Positions 12,517 through 21,814 of a stretch of DNA of 64,000 bases are shown one piece after another; the stretch's first letter is position 1, and each line of letters opens with the position of its first letter. The notes below the pieces were generated by a model, which was not told the origin of the DNA, ran no database searches, and was given only the letters and a program-made list of their open reading frames with translations. Source of the stretch: Nanobdellota archaeon. GTDB lineage: Archaea; Nanobdellota; Nanobdellia; Pacearchaeales; GW2011-AR1. A program made the position numbers and the translations under genes. The stretch lies in contig JAUSIC010000011.1 of NCBI GenBank assembly GCA_030648285.1, forward strand, positions 1,513 to 65,512, written 5' to 3'.

Positions 12517-15044
12517 TGTAAAAATTTGTTTATTGGAACATAATCTTTTATATAATTAACAATAAACTCTGGCCCCCCATTCCATTCTTTTAATTCTTTA
12601 AATTCCTTCATATTAAAAATTGGATTTGTTGCTAATCTCTGGTATTCTTTTGTTTCCATAATTTCTTGCAATTCTTTATCTGTAAGATATGCTTTGAAAA
12701 ATTCTTTTATTAGATAGTAATATTTAATTTCGTTTTCATTAATTTTATTAGTAATTACAAATTTTTGTATTTCATCTTCCATTAGTTCATCTTTATTTTT
12801 TAATTGTTTTATCTTTCCAAAAATATACTCTAAAATCTCTCGCAAACTCAATCTCCTATTTAATTTCAAAGCTTTCCTCAATTTATCAAGTGTATAAAAT
12901 TCTTTTGGTTTATCTAAAATATTATTTTTAATATATTCTTCTGCTTCTTCATATTCTCTTTCATTAACTTTTGATACAATGAAAGTATTTTTCCTAATTT
13001 TTTCGGAAAAACTTTCAAATAGTTTTCTATCTATTTTCATACCTTCTATTCCAATTTTAGATTCCAAATACTGCTTTAATGGATCTTGATTATAATTTTC
13101 ATACTCTTTATCTCGGACTATCATTACATCTACTTCGTTTTTTTTCTTTGAACTCATAGGAGGTAATTTTAAAAATTGTCCGTAATTAAACTTCTTTTCA
13201 AAATACTCACAATTTCCAAAAAAGTCAAATAGTTTAAATGTATTCTTAGATTTGATATCTTCTTCAATTTCTCCAAGTTCATTCTTTTTTTTAAAACTAA
13301 ACTTAAAGGTTCTCGTTCCTCTACCTTTTATCTGAACAAAATCTGTAGGAGAGAATATTGGCCTCATAAGACAGATATTAAGTAAATCTTCACAATCATA
13401 ACCGGTAGTCATCATTCCAACAGTCACACAAACTCTCGTTTTGCTTGAATTATAATCTTCTTTGAATTTTGTGTGTCCATTCAAATTATTATTTGCAAAA
13501 TTCATTGCCATTTGTTGTGCAGAATCTACTAGAGAAGTTATTTGAATTGCAAAATCCGAAGTATATTTTTCGGGGAATAGTTTAGTTGCTAATTTATTGA
13601 GCATATTTGTTATTTTAGCTGCATGGTCTTGACTAACACAAAAGATAATTGTCTTTCCAATTTCTTCGGTTATAGGATCTCTTTGTGCATTTTCAATAAA
13701 AGTCCTACAAAAAGTTTCATTTGTTTCTTCTGAGAAGAATTTCTTTTCGAAGTCTTTATGAATATAGACTTTCTCTTCTTTTTTTCCTTCTTCATTTTCA
13801 GTAACTATTGCATATCCTTTTTCAGCAAGTAATTCTGTGGTAATATCTGTTCTCGCATCTACTGCTAAAGGATTAACAAGATATCCATCTTTAACTCCTT
13901 CAAGCAAAGAATATCTAAATGTTGGATCTCCAGTTTCACATCCAAATGTTTTATAAGTATCTCTAAGTTGCCTCAATTCCCATTTTCTTGGATCCATATT
14001 AAAAATATCTTTATCATCTAAATTTTTTATATAATCTTTAGGAGTGGCAGTTAATCCTAATTTATAACCGACAAAATATTCAAATACTGCTCTGCTATTT
14101 CCCCCAATAGATCTGTGTGCTTCATCAGAAATTATTAAATCAAAGTCTGTTGGTGAGAAAATTTCTTTATATTTATCACTTACCATAAGAGATTGCACTG
14201 TTGAAATAACTATATCTGCTTTCATCCAATCATCTTTATTTTCTTTATAAATTTTAACTATGAAATCATTTTTTAACATTAAATTCAAATTTTTCCATGC
14301 TTGATTTTCTAATTCAATTCTGTCTACTAAAAATAAAATCCGGTTAACATTTTCAGTCCTTAGAAATAACTTACAAATTGCTGCTGAAACAAGTGTTTTT
14401 CCAGTTCCAGTAGCCATTTCAAATAAAAATCTATTTTTTTTATTTTTTACTGCTTCTTGTAAATGTGTTACAGCGTTTATTTGGTATGGCCTTAAAAATT
14501 TTAATTGATTTTCTTTAATATAACTTACTTGTTTTTCATCATCTAAATATTTTGGATCATTATTATAATCTGGTTTCTGTGTCAAAACAATATAATCTGT
14601 TTCTATTTTTTCCTTTACAATTGCTTCTGGATTAGGAGTAAATTTATTTTTATGATTTAAATCTTCTTCTGTAGGAAATGAAGTTACTTGGTTTGGATCT
14701 CCTGTTTTTAAATCCCAAAGGTAATGAATATTCCCGTTGCTTAAAATGACAAATCTAGCATTTTCGCTATTCGCATATCTTCTTGCTTGTTCTTTTGCTG
14801 ATAGAGGATGTTTATCTTCAGATTTTGCCTCTAAAACTGCTAATGGTTTTTTGTTTTTACCTAACAAAAGAAAATCAATAAACCCATTTTTCGTCTTTTC
14901 AAAATCGTCTCCTAACTCCTCAATTTTTACATTTGCCTCTAATTTAATATTTGCTTTTTCATCTTTAGAATCAAAAAATCTCCAACCACTTACTTCTAGT
15001 AATTTGTTAATTTTTATTCTTGCTTTGGCTTCCTTTTGTACCAT
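12510..15044 (-). CDS. hsdR: type I restriction enzyme HsdR helicase-nuclease subunit
   Basis: Walker A EMATGTGKT, the DEAH box ISDEAHRS, and an N-terminal HsdR-type region. The start is taken at internal Met MVQKEAK (15044), which avoids overlap with the upstream gene. Confidence 0.85.
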   Translation of the reverse strand: MVQKEAKARIKINKLLEVSGWRFFDSKDEKANIKLEANVKIEELGDDFEKTKNGFIDFLLLGKNKKPLAVLEAKSEDKHPLSAKEQARRYANSENARFVILSNGNIHYLWDLKTGDPNQVTSFPTEEDLNHKNKFTPNPEAIVKEKIETDYIVLTQKPDYNNDPKYLDDEKQVSYIKENQLKFLRPYQINAVTHLQEAVKNKKNRFLFEMATGTGKTLVSAAICKLFLRTENVNRILFLVDRIELENQAWKNLNLMLKNDFIVKIYKENKDDWMKADIVISTVQSLMVSDKYKEIFSPTDFDLIISDEAHRSIGGNSRAVFEYFVGYKLGLTATPKDYIKNLDDKDIFNMDPRKWELRQLRDTYKTFGCETGDPTFRYSLLEGVKDGYLVNPLAVDARTDITTELLAEKGYAIVTENEEGKKEEKVYIHKDFEKKFFSEETNETFCRTFIENAQRDPITEEIGKTIIFCVSQDHAAKITNMLNKLATKLFPEKYTSDFAIQITSLVDSAQQMAMNFANNNLNGHTKFKEDYNSSKTRVCVTVGMMTTGYDCEDLLNICLMRPIFSPTDFVQIKGRGTRTFKFSFKKKNELGEIEEDIKSKNTFKLFDFFGNCEYFEKKFNYGQFLKLPPMSSKKKNEVDVMIVRDKEYENYNQDPLKQYLESKIGIEGMKIDRKLFESFSEKIRKNTFIVSKVNEREYEEAEEYIKNNILDKPKEFYTLDKLRKALKLNRRLSLREILEYIFGKIKQLKNKDELMEDEIQKFVITNKINENEIKYYYLIKEFFKAYLTDKELQEIMETKEYQRLATNPIFNMKEFKELKEWNGGPEFIVNYIKDYVPINKFLQC

Positions 15045-15969
15045 TTTCTTTCTTCTCCAATTTAAAATGAATTTTATATGTATAAAAATCAATATTTTGG
15101 GCAACAGCTAAAGCTCTATGAATTTTTATATCATCTTCAAAAGCAATTATAACTCCCTTAACAGACTGACCCTTTTCAGCTAACTCTTCTTTAACATATC
15201 CCATATATCTTTGAATTTGACCTACGACAACATCACTAACTCTTCCTCTTTTAAGTTCAACAACCAGAAGTTCTTTTTTATCTTTACTAATTGCTAAAAT
15301 ATCTATTGGTCCTGTATCACTTGGATATTGTTGACCAACAATTTCTCCATCTTCTTCATAAATATCATAATGTTTGCCTAATTCCGTATGATGCCAATTT
15401 TTTACTAAAAATTCTTCTAAATGTTCTTCAAGTGCAAAAAGACTAACATCCTCTATAGTTTCATCATTTGCACTTATTAAAGAAGGTCTATTCCCTGAAA
15501 TAAAAGATTCTATCTCATTAGCATGTTTAGTGATATCACTTACTGTTCCTATTGAACCAGCAGAATTTCTTAAAGAGTCACTCATCTCTTCTCTTTTTAA
15601 AACTCTTGGAAGCCAACGAACAGCTCTTTGATGGGGAAGATTTTGACCTTGTTTATATTCATAATTACCTATAACTTCTCCTATAAAATAATTTCCTTGT
15701 CCATCTGGACATAACACAATATCCCCTATGAGGATACCTTTTGAAATAGTATATAACATTCCACATGCAAGCCCTGCTGCAATTTTTGTTTTATGATATT
15801 CTTCTAAATATAATGGAATAAATTCACGATTGAATTGTCTCCAATCCTCAGGGAATTTTCCAGTTAAGTCCCTATTTCCAAAAAATCCGGCACCAATAAA
15901 ATTTCCATCATGTGATTCTTTGGCAAATATACTTTTTGCCCCCAACATTATACGATAATAGTTTTTCAT
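15007..15969 (-). CDS. PD-(D/E)xK nuclease-fold protein (Mrr/NucS-like restriction endonuclease domain)
   Basis: C-terminal DILAISKDKKELLVVELKRGRVSDVVVGQIQRY fits a D...E-x-K ... Q-x-x-R-Y restriction-endonuclease-like core. It sits immediately upstream of hsdR. Confidence 0.5.
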   Translation of the reverse strand: MKNYYRIMLGAKSIFAKESHDGNFIGAGFFGNRDLTGKFPEDWRQFNREFIPLYLEEYHKTKIAAGLACGMLYTISKGILIGDIVLCPDGQGNYFIGEVIGNYEYKQGQNLPHQRAVRWLPRVLKREEMSDSLRNSAGSIGTVSDITKHANEIESFISGNRPSLISANDETIEDVSLFALEEHLEEFLVKNWHHTELGKHYDIYEEDGEIVGQQYPSDTGPIDILAISKDKKELLVVELKRGRVSDVVVGQIQRYMGYVKEELAEKGQSVKGVIIAFEDDIKIHRALAVAQNIDFYTYKIHFKLEKKENGTKGSQSKNKN

Positions 15970-15986
15970 ATTTTATCAAAAGCTTC

Positions 15987-16682
15987 TTAGATTTTAAGTT
16001 TGTCTATCCTTTTCTTTAGAGTAGTTAATTCCTTTTCTAGATTCATCATAGGTTGTGTAATTCTCGTATAATTATACTCATCTATTGCTTTAGCAAAACT
16101 TCTATCATTTTTTTCTAATTTTATATCTTTAAATTTCTCTTGCATTTTTTTTAAAAATTCGATATAATTCTCTGCAGAATCACTTCTAAATCCATAATAT
16201 TCCCTTATTCTTCTGTCCCAAAGAACAAAAACTTCTGGAACTCTTAAATGCATTATTTTGGTCGCACCAACAGACTTTACTTGTTTTGAAAGAGTATCAT
16301 AAATTTTTATTATCTTTTCTTTATATTCCTCAAATTTTATTGTTCTTAGATGTTTTTCTCCAAATTCATTAAATAATTGTTCAAGTTCATCTATATTTTC
16401 ATTAAACTTATTAATATCAAAATTTCCTATTAAATATCTAAAACCTGCAAAATTCCAGGTAGATAAAATAAACAAATATGCTGTTAATCTATCTCCCCGC
16501 CTCATTAATTTAGTAAAGAGAGGATAAAGGCTTCCTCTTTTTTCTGTTTCTTCAAATTCTTTATTCGCTTTATCAAAATTCTCTTGTATGACACTTTTAA
16601 TTCCTTCACTTTCTTTGTATCTTAACTCGTGCAATTGTATTTTTATTTCATACATTCTCTTTTGAAGTTCTTCTTTCTCCAT
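15987..16682 (-). CDS. hypothetical protein in defence island
   Basis: 231-aa ORF that is coiled-coil rich, with no recognisable catalytic motif. Confidence 0.35.
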   Translation of the reverse strand: MEKEELQKRMYEIKIQLHELRYKESEGIKSVIQENFDKANKEFEETEKRGSLYPLFTKLMRRGDRLTAYLFILSTWNFAGFRYLIGNFDINKFNENIDELEQLFNEFGEKHLRTIKFEEYKEKIIKIYDTLSKQVKSVGATKIMHLRVPEVFVLWDRRIREYYGFRSDSAENYIEFLKKMQEKFKDIKLEKNDRSFAKAIDEYNYTRITQPMMNLEKELTTLKKRIDKLKI

Positions 16683-16760
16683 ATCTTTTTTAGAAAAACC
16701 CCCTTTTTACACCTTTCCCCTCCCCAAAACCTTTTTATACAATAAATTCTTATCTTCTAT

Positions 16761-17261
16761 ATGAGAAGAAGAGGGAGAAGGAATAGACTTAGAAAGAATC
16801 CTGCTGCACTTTTTGCAATCGCTCTTGTTTTAATTTCTGGTTTTTTATTTCCGTTATTCAGTTTTAGTATATTCGGAGAGGACTTTTCAGATAAAAGCGG
16901 AGTTGTAGTAAATTTAGTTATTGATTTATTCTCTAAAAAATATTCTTTTACAGAAACATCAGAATTTGTTATATTATTTATGGTATTATCTTATTTAGTA
17001 ATTGCAACTTTATACTTATTAAATGGTTTAGGAATTATTTACAATAGATATTCAAGATATGCTTCATTCCTATCATTTGCTTATTTATTATTAGGATTAA
17101 TTGCAGTAGTATTATTAAATAGACAAATGACTATTCCATTCTTTGGAAATACTGTTGGTTCTATGACTATTGGATTGGGAACTTATTTATTACCTATAGT
17201 AGGAATTTTATATTTAATATTTCACAGACAAATTAATTCAATGTTCGGAGGACATAGATAA
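16761..17261 (+). CDS. hypothetical membrane protein
   Basis: Several predicted TM helices. Confidence 0.4.
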   Translation: MRRRGRRNRLRKNPAALFAIALVLISGFLFPLFSFSIFGEDFSDKSGVVVNLVIDLFSKKYSFTETSEFVILFMVLSYLVIATLYLLNGLGIIYNRYSRYASFLSFAYLLLGLIAVVLLNRQMTIPFFGNTVGSMTIGLGTYLLPIVGILYLIFHRQINSMFGGHR

Positions 17262-17543
17262 ATGAACGAGGTGTTACTAGCGGGAATTCTCGGAGGCATT
17301 GGTGGATTAACACGCGGGTTCGTTGGACTGCTTAAGGCACTTTCTATGAGAAGACGAATATTATGGGGATACTACGCCATAACTGTTCTAGTTGCTCTTG
17401 TTATAGGGATTTTTATCGGGATCATATTCAATTTTGATACAAGGCTTTCTCTTCTTGCAGGTTATGCAGGAACAGACATACTGGAAGGAATTTACAAATC
17501 ATTCAAGGTAGAGAAAGTTTATGTGGGTTCTAAAAAGAAATAA
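17262..17543 (+). CDS. hypothetical membrane protein
   Basis: Two TM segments; the start directly abuts the previous stop. Confidence 0.35.
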   Translation: MNEVLLAGILGGIGGLTRGFVGLLKALSMRRRILWGYYAITVLVALVIGIFIGIIFNFDTRLSLLAGYAGTDILEGIYKSFKVEKVYVGSKKK

Positions 17544-17713
17544 GATTGGTGCTTACGCACAATTAATATTAGGTTAACTGGATACTCGGGGGTTGACTTT
17601 AAAACGATTATATTAATTTGAAAAAATGTCAATGAACCTCAATATAGGTTAATTATTTCCCCAAAAAGAAAGATTTACAAACATATCTTCTTTATTTTAA
17701 TAAAGAGGGAATT

Positions 17714-18076
17714 ATGATAGAACAAAGACTTTTATATTTCATTACAGAAGCAAGAAAACGTGGTTTCTCTGATAATAAAATAAAAGAAGCATTGCTTGAC
17801 AAAGGATGGCAGATTGAAAAGATTGACAAGGCGTTTGAAACTTTAAATCCTAAATTCAAATCAAAAAATCAAGTTTGCGTTTTTCTTTCAGATGATTTGC
17901 TAAATGCACTTGAAAAAAGAGCAAAGAAAAACATGCAAACAATAAGCGAACAAATCGAAGACATCTTGAGAAAGAGTTGCGTGACATACAAAGGCGGAAC
18001 AGTTAAACCTGAAAAGTTAGATGATAGTTTAGTTGCTGTGTTTAGTAGGAAGAATACGGGGAAGAAAAAGAAATAA
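17714..18076 (+). CDS. hypothetical protein
   Basis: 120-aa ORF with a basic C-terminus. Confidence 0.35.
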   Translation: MIEQRLLYFITEARKRGFSDNKIKEALLDKGWQIEKIDKAFETLNPKFKSKNQVCVFLSDDLLNALEKRAKKNMQTISEQIEDILRKSCVTYKGGTVKPEKLDDSLVAVFSRKNTGKKKK

Positions 18077-18106
18077 ACTTTTAAAGTATATTTTCTTAGA
18101 TAAATT

Positions 18107-18325
18107 ATGGTTGAAAAGAAGTATAATATATTTTCAGTATTAGCTATTATATTTGCGTTCCTATTTCCTCTTGCTGGAATAATTTTTGGAGTAATTGCTC
18201 TTAAACAAATAAAGAAAACAAAAGAAAAAGGCAGAGGGCTTGCAATAACTGCTATTGTTCTTCCTATTATCATGATTATTCTTGTTGGAATTGTATGGGC
18301 AATTGTTCAGAGCATAATGAGATAA
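18107..18325 (+). CDS. small membrane protein (DUF4190-like)
   Basis: Two TM helices around GIIFGVIALKQIKK...GRGLAITAI. Paralogous to 22301-22600. Confidence 0.4.
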   Translation: MVEKKYNIFSVLAIIFAFLFPLAGIIFGVIALKQIKKTKEKGRGLAITAIVLPIIMIILVGIVWAIVQSIMR

Positions 18326-18449
18326 ATTTATTTAGCGCTAAGGCGCAATTGATAATTGTGATAATGTAGAAACTCTGGTGTGCAGTTTAAAACGATTATA
18401 TTAATTTAACAAGATGTCAATGAACAGCAATAGGGGTTAATTATTCCTA

Positions 18450-18836
18450 TTATCTTTGCTCTTTTACCATTCTTTGGACTTCTTCATAAATAGCTATCAC
18501 TCTTTCTGCGAAATCTGGAGGACATACAGCTTTTGCAACATCAGGAATTCTCATTCTTAAAAAACTGTAAATTACTTGTGGATAGCCGACTAAATTAGAA
18601 GGTACTGCAACTCTTCCCTCTTTTCCATAATCTCCACCTCTTCTCAAATTTTCTAAAGAAAGTTCACATGTTAAATTAAAACCCTCTGGGACCAATTCAG
18701 GATTTAGCTCATCTGCCAAATAAGATGCAAATCGGTATAGAGTTTCATATTCTCCTTTCATATGTTCTCTAAGATTTTTCAGTTTAGCCTTTACAGGTTC
18801 CATTGAAATTGCTTCATCTAGCGCCATAAAAAACAT
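18450..18836 (-). CDS. hypothetical protein
   Basis: 128-aa ORF with a GC content higher than its neighbours. Confidence 0.35.
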   Translation of the reverse strand: MFFMALDEAISMEPVKAKLKNLREHMKGEYETLYRFASYLADELNPELVPEGFNLTCELSLENLRRGGDYGKEGRVAVPSNLVGYPQVIYSFLRMRIPDVAKAVCPPDFAERVIAIYEEVQRMVKEQR

Positions 18837-18882
18837 ATCTAAAAGCCGTTTATAAATTTAATTATTCTAATAGAAAGGGGGT

Positions 18883-19449
18883 TTACATCACTGTTGCTTT
18901 GATTATCTTCACTACACTAACTGGCTTATCATTGCTGTCTGTTTCTACTTTTGCGATTTCATCAATTACGTCCATCCCTTCAACAACTTTACCAAAAACA
19001 GGATGCTTGCCGTTCAAGAAGTCGTTGTCAACTAGATTTATGAAGAATTGAGAGCCCCCTGTGTTGGGACCTGAATTTGCCATTGCAATTGTTCCTCTAT
19101 TGTTTTTATCCAAATCTGTGTTTGTGAATTCATCTTTTATTTCATAACCAGGTCCGCCATATCCTGTTCCTTGTGGATCTCCCCCTTGAACCATGAATCC
19201 ACTCATAACTCTATGAAATATTGTGTTATCATAAAATCCTTGCTCTACTAAACTCTGAAAATTTCCTGCTGTTACAGGCATTTCTTTGCTGTAAAGTTCT
19301 ATTACAATTGTTCCCATGTTTGTTTCTAATTTGACTTTTGTATTTGTCATTGATGTATCTCCTGTTATGTTTCCTGTTGATCTAAACATAATAAATCCTG
19401 CAACAAGGATTAAAAATATTGCTATAAGGAATATGTATGCTCTTTTCAT
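18883..19449 (-). CDS. ppiB: cyclophilin-type peptidyl-prolyl cis-trans isomerase with N-terminal membrane anchor
   Basis: FHRVMSGFMVQGGDP...GTIAMANSGPNTGGSQFFI...HPVFGKVVEGMDVIDEI matches the cyclophilin signature. Confidence 0.85.
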   Translation of the reverse strand: MKRAYIFLIAIFLILVAGFIMFRSTGNITGDTSMTNTKVKLETNMGTIVIELYSKEMPVTAGNFQSLVEQGFYDNTIFHRVMSGFMVQGGDPQGTGYGGPGYEIKDEFTNTDLDKNNRGTIAMANSGPNTGGSQFFINLVDNDFLNGKHPVFGKVVEGMDVIDEIAKVETDSNDKPVSVVKIIKATVM

Positions 19450-19484
19450 TTAATAAGAAAAGTTTTTGGGGTTTTTATTTATTT

Positions 19485-19580
19485 CGATTAATTTGGCGCT
19501 AAAGCGCATGGATAATGATAATGTAGAAACGCGGGTTAAGTTGAAAAAAGTGTCAATGAACCGCAATAGGGATTATAATT
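19485..19580 (+). repeat. intergenic repeat family 1 (representative copy)
   Basis: Small hairpin GCGCTAAAGCGC, then ATAATGTAGAAAC, then GTGTCAATGAACCGCAATAGGGATTA. Related copies are at about 5080-5130, 6445-6490 (reversed), 17543-17660, 18330-18447, 19950-20070, 33310-33450 (reversed) and 48815-48960. Confidence 0.55.
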
Positions 19581-19592
19581 TCTTATGGGGGG

Positions 19593-19916
19593 TTATCCAA
19601 CATAACTACCACTAGTAGTTTTTACTTCTGTTTTTTCCTGTTCTTCTTTTAAGGATTTTGGAACTTCCTTGTTTCTCAAGTCTTCTTTGATTTTTCTTAT
19701 ATTTTCACCAATCATATTTGGAAGTTCTTCCAAAACACTCATGGGAAGAACAATTCTTGCAATTGCTGCTTTTCTCACTGCATCAATAAAAACAAGTTCT
19801 GTGTAAGCTTCTTTTTTCACATTGCCTTTTTTTGTCTTTTTTGTCTTTGTGACTGTTGACATAGCAACATCATGAGCGAATATTGGAACAGCATTTCCTA
19901 AGTTAATTTCAACCAT
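19593..19916 (-). CDS. hypothetical protein
   Basis: 107-aa ORF. Confidence 0.35.
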   Translation of the reverse strand: MVEINLGNAVPIFAHDVAMSTVTKTKKTKKGNVKKEAYTELVFIDAVRKAAIARIVLPMSVLEELPNMIGENIRKIKEDLRNKEVPKSLKEEQEKTEVKTTSGSYVG

Positions 19917-20139
19917 AAGAAAGAAATGAGTGTGATGTTTTTATTTATTTCGATATATTTGTCTCGCTTCGCTCGGAGTGATAATAAGGATAACTTAAAT
20001 TCGCTGATTTAAACTAATTGTTAGACTGCTCGAGATGTCAATGAACAGCAATAGGGATTAAAACTTCCCCTTCAAAAAACTGAAAATCAAAAGTAAAAAA
20101 AAAATAAAAAAAATAAAAGAGAACTAAGAAAAACTAAAT

Positions 20140-20514
20140 TTAGAATCTTCTTGGTCTATCTCTGCCGAAATTTCCTCTACCGCTACTACCACCACCGAAT
20201 CCGCCTCGACTTCCGCCTCTATCTCCGCCTCTGTCGAAACTTCTTCTTGGGCCATCAGACCTTGCTGGTCTTTCTTCCATAGGTCTAGCTTCAGAAACTT
20301 TCAATTCTCTGCCTTCAATTGCTTTTCCGTTCATTTCAGTCAATGCTTTTTGTGCAACTTCTTCGTTAGAAATTGTCACGAAACCAAATCCTTTTGATCT
20401 TCCGGAAAACTTGTCTTTTATAAGACTTACTTCCTCTGGTGCATATGCTGCAAACAGAGCTTTCAATGCTTCTTCATCGACGCTGAAAGGCAAATTACCT
20501 ACATATATCTTCAT
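20140..20514 (-). CDS. RRM-type glycine-rich RNA-binding protein
   Basis: RNP2 KIYVGNL and RNP1 KGFGFVTI, followed by an RGG/Gly-rich tail. Confidence 0.8.
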   Translation of the reverse strand: MKIYVGNLPFSVDEEALKALFAAYAPEEVSLIKDKFSGRSKGFGFVTISNEEVAQKALTEMNGKAIEGRELKVSEARPMEERPARSDGPRRSFDRGGDRGGSRGGFGGGSSGRGNFGRDRPRRF

Positions 20515-20658
20515 TTTATCCTCCTTACAACTAATTGAGAATTATCTATAATTGATGTCTTTCTATTGCTTGTTTCAACTTTCATAACTATTTCTCACAT
20601 TGAGGGTATTTAAAGATTTAGAATTCAAAAATAAAATAAAAATAAAGCATTTTTTGGC

Positions 20659-20868
20659 TTATTTTCTTCTCTTCTTCATGCCTTTCATCTTCATTGCTTT
20701 GAAAACAATCAAAACAACAGCAGACACACCTACAGCAGCATATATTACGTTTGCTGCTTTAGGAAGTAATGATGCTACTAAATTATAATTGAAGAAACCT
20801 ATAAGTCCCCAGTTTAAAGCACCAATTACTACCAAAATCCATGTAATCCACTTTAAAACGTATTTCAT
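20659..20868 (-). CDS. small membrane protein (DUF378-like)
   Basis: LNWGLIGFF motif and two TM helices. Confidence 0.45.
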   Translation of the reverse strand: MKYVLKWITWILVVIGALNWGLIGFFNYNLVASLLPKAANVIYAAVGVSAVVLIVFKAMKMKGMKKRRK

Positions 20869-20949
20869 TTCACCTCTCTACCCCCTTTCATCTTTTTTAA
20901 GTATATACTTTGATATATATTATGAATAATCAGTTTGGTTTTTTAAATC

Positions 20950-21474
20950 TTACTTTGGAAACAAGATAATTATGGCATTTATTGCTGCTGCGTATGCAAC
21001 CCAGAGAGCATAAGGCACCAGCAAAAACTGAGATTTCTTGTCTATCTTGTGAACAAAACCAATCATGTAGAGTATTGAAATCCAAAGAATAACCAATTCA
21101 ATCATTGCTGCTTCTGGACTTCTGACAATAAAGAACAAAAACACCCAGAGAACATTCAAGAATAAATTTACTGCATAGACTATTGCAATTTTCTTTTTTT
21201 GTTTCTTGTCTGCTTTGGATTTTATCCAAACAAAATACAAAGACAACGCGATTAAAGCAAACAAAACATTCCAAACAACACTAAAAACCCAGTTAGGAGG
21301 AGTAATGTAAGGTTTTATTTTCTGATACCAGATTGTGTCAACGTTTTGCGACGTGAAAAAACCTCCAATAACAGCTGCTGCGTAGACAGCAACAATGCAA
21401 AGAAACATGACGTTGAAATTTATTCGTTTAAGACAACTTTTTTTAGATTTCCTTTTAGTCACCTTTCTTTTCAT
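20950..21474 (-). CDS. tspO: TspO/MBR family tryptophan-rich sensory protein
   Basis: PPNWVFSVVWNVLFALIALSLY and five TM helices. The start is taken at MKRKVT, because the longer ORF would run into the tRNA. Confidence 0.7.
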   Translation of the reverse strand: MKRKVTKRKSKKSCLKRINFNVMFLCIVAVYAAAVIGGFFTSQNVDTIWYQKIKPYITPPNWVFSVVWNVLFALIALSLYFVWIKSKADKKQKKKIAIVYAVNLFLNVLWVFLFFIVRSPEAAMIELVILWISILYMIGFVHKIDKKSQFLLVPYALWVAYAAAINAIIILFPK

Positions 21475-21696
21475 GAATATAATAAAACAAATGAGATTAA
21501 AAATATTTGCTCGCTCACTTTGTTTGCTCGTAATTAATAAAATTATAATATTAAGTTGAACCTTAAGTATCTGATTAAAATTTAAATCAATTTCTGCTTT
21601 AGCAGACAAAAATGGGACCCCCGTACTCCCAACCCCGCTCACCTGTAGATTATCTCGCAAAGTTGCTCGGAGTCGAACGTTCGACATAATAATTTA

Positions 21697-21768
21697 TGGG
21701 ACCCCCGGGAGTCGAACCCGGGACACCTTGGTCTTCAGCCAAGTGCTCTCCCGCTGAGCTAGGGTCCC
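21697..21768 (-). tRNA. tRNA-Phe (GAA)
   Basis: Reverse complement GGGACCCTAGCTCAGCGGGAGAGCACTTGGCTGAAGACCAAGGTGTCCCGGGTTCGACTCCCGGGGGTCCCA forms a cloverleaf with a CTGAAGA anticodon loop. Confidence 0.85.
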
Positions 21769-21814
21769 AATATACAGGATTATAAAAAATAAAGTTAGAA
21801 TTCTTTTTTAAATG

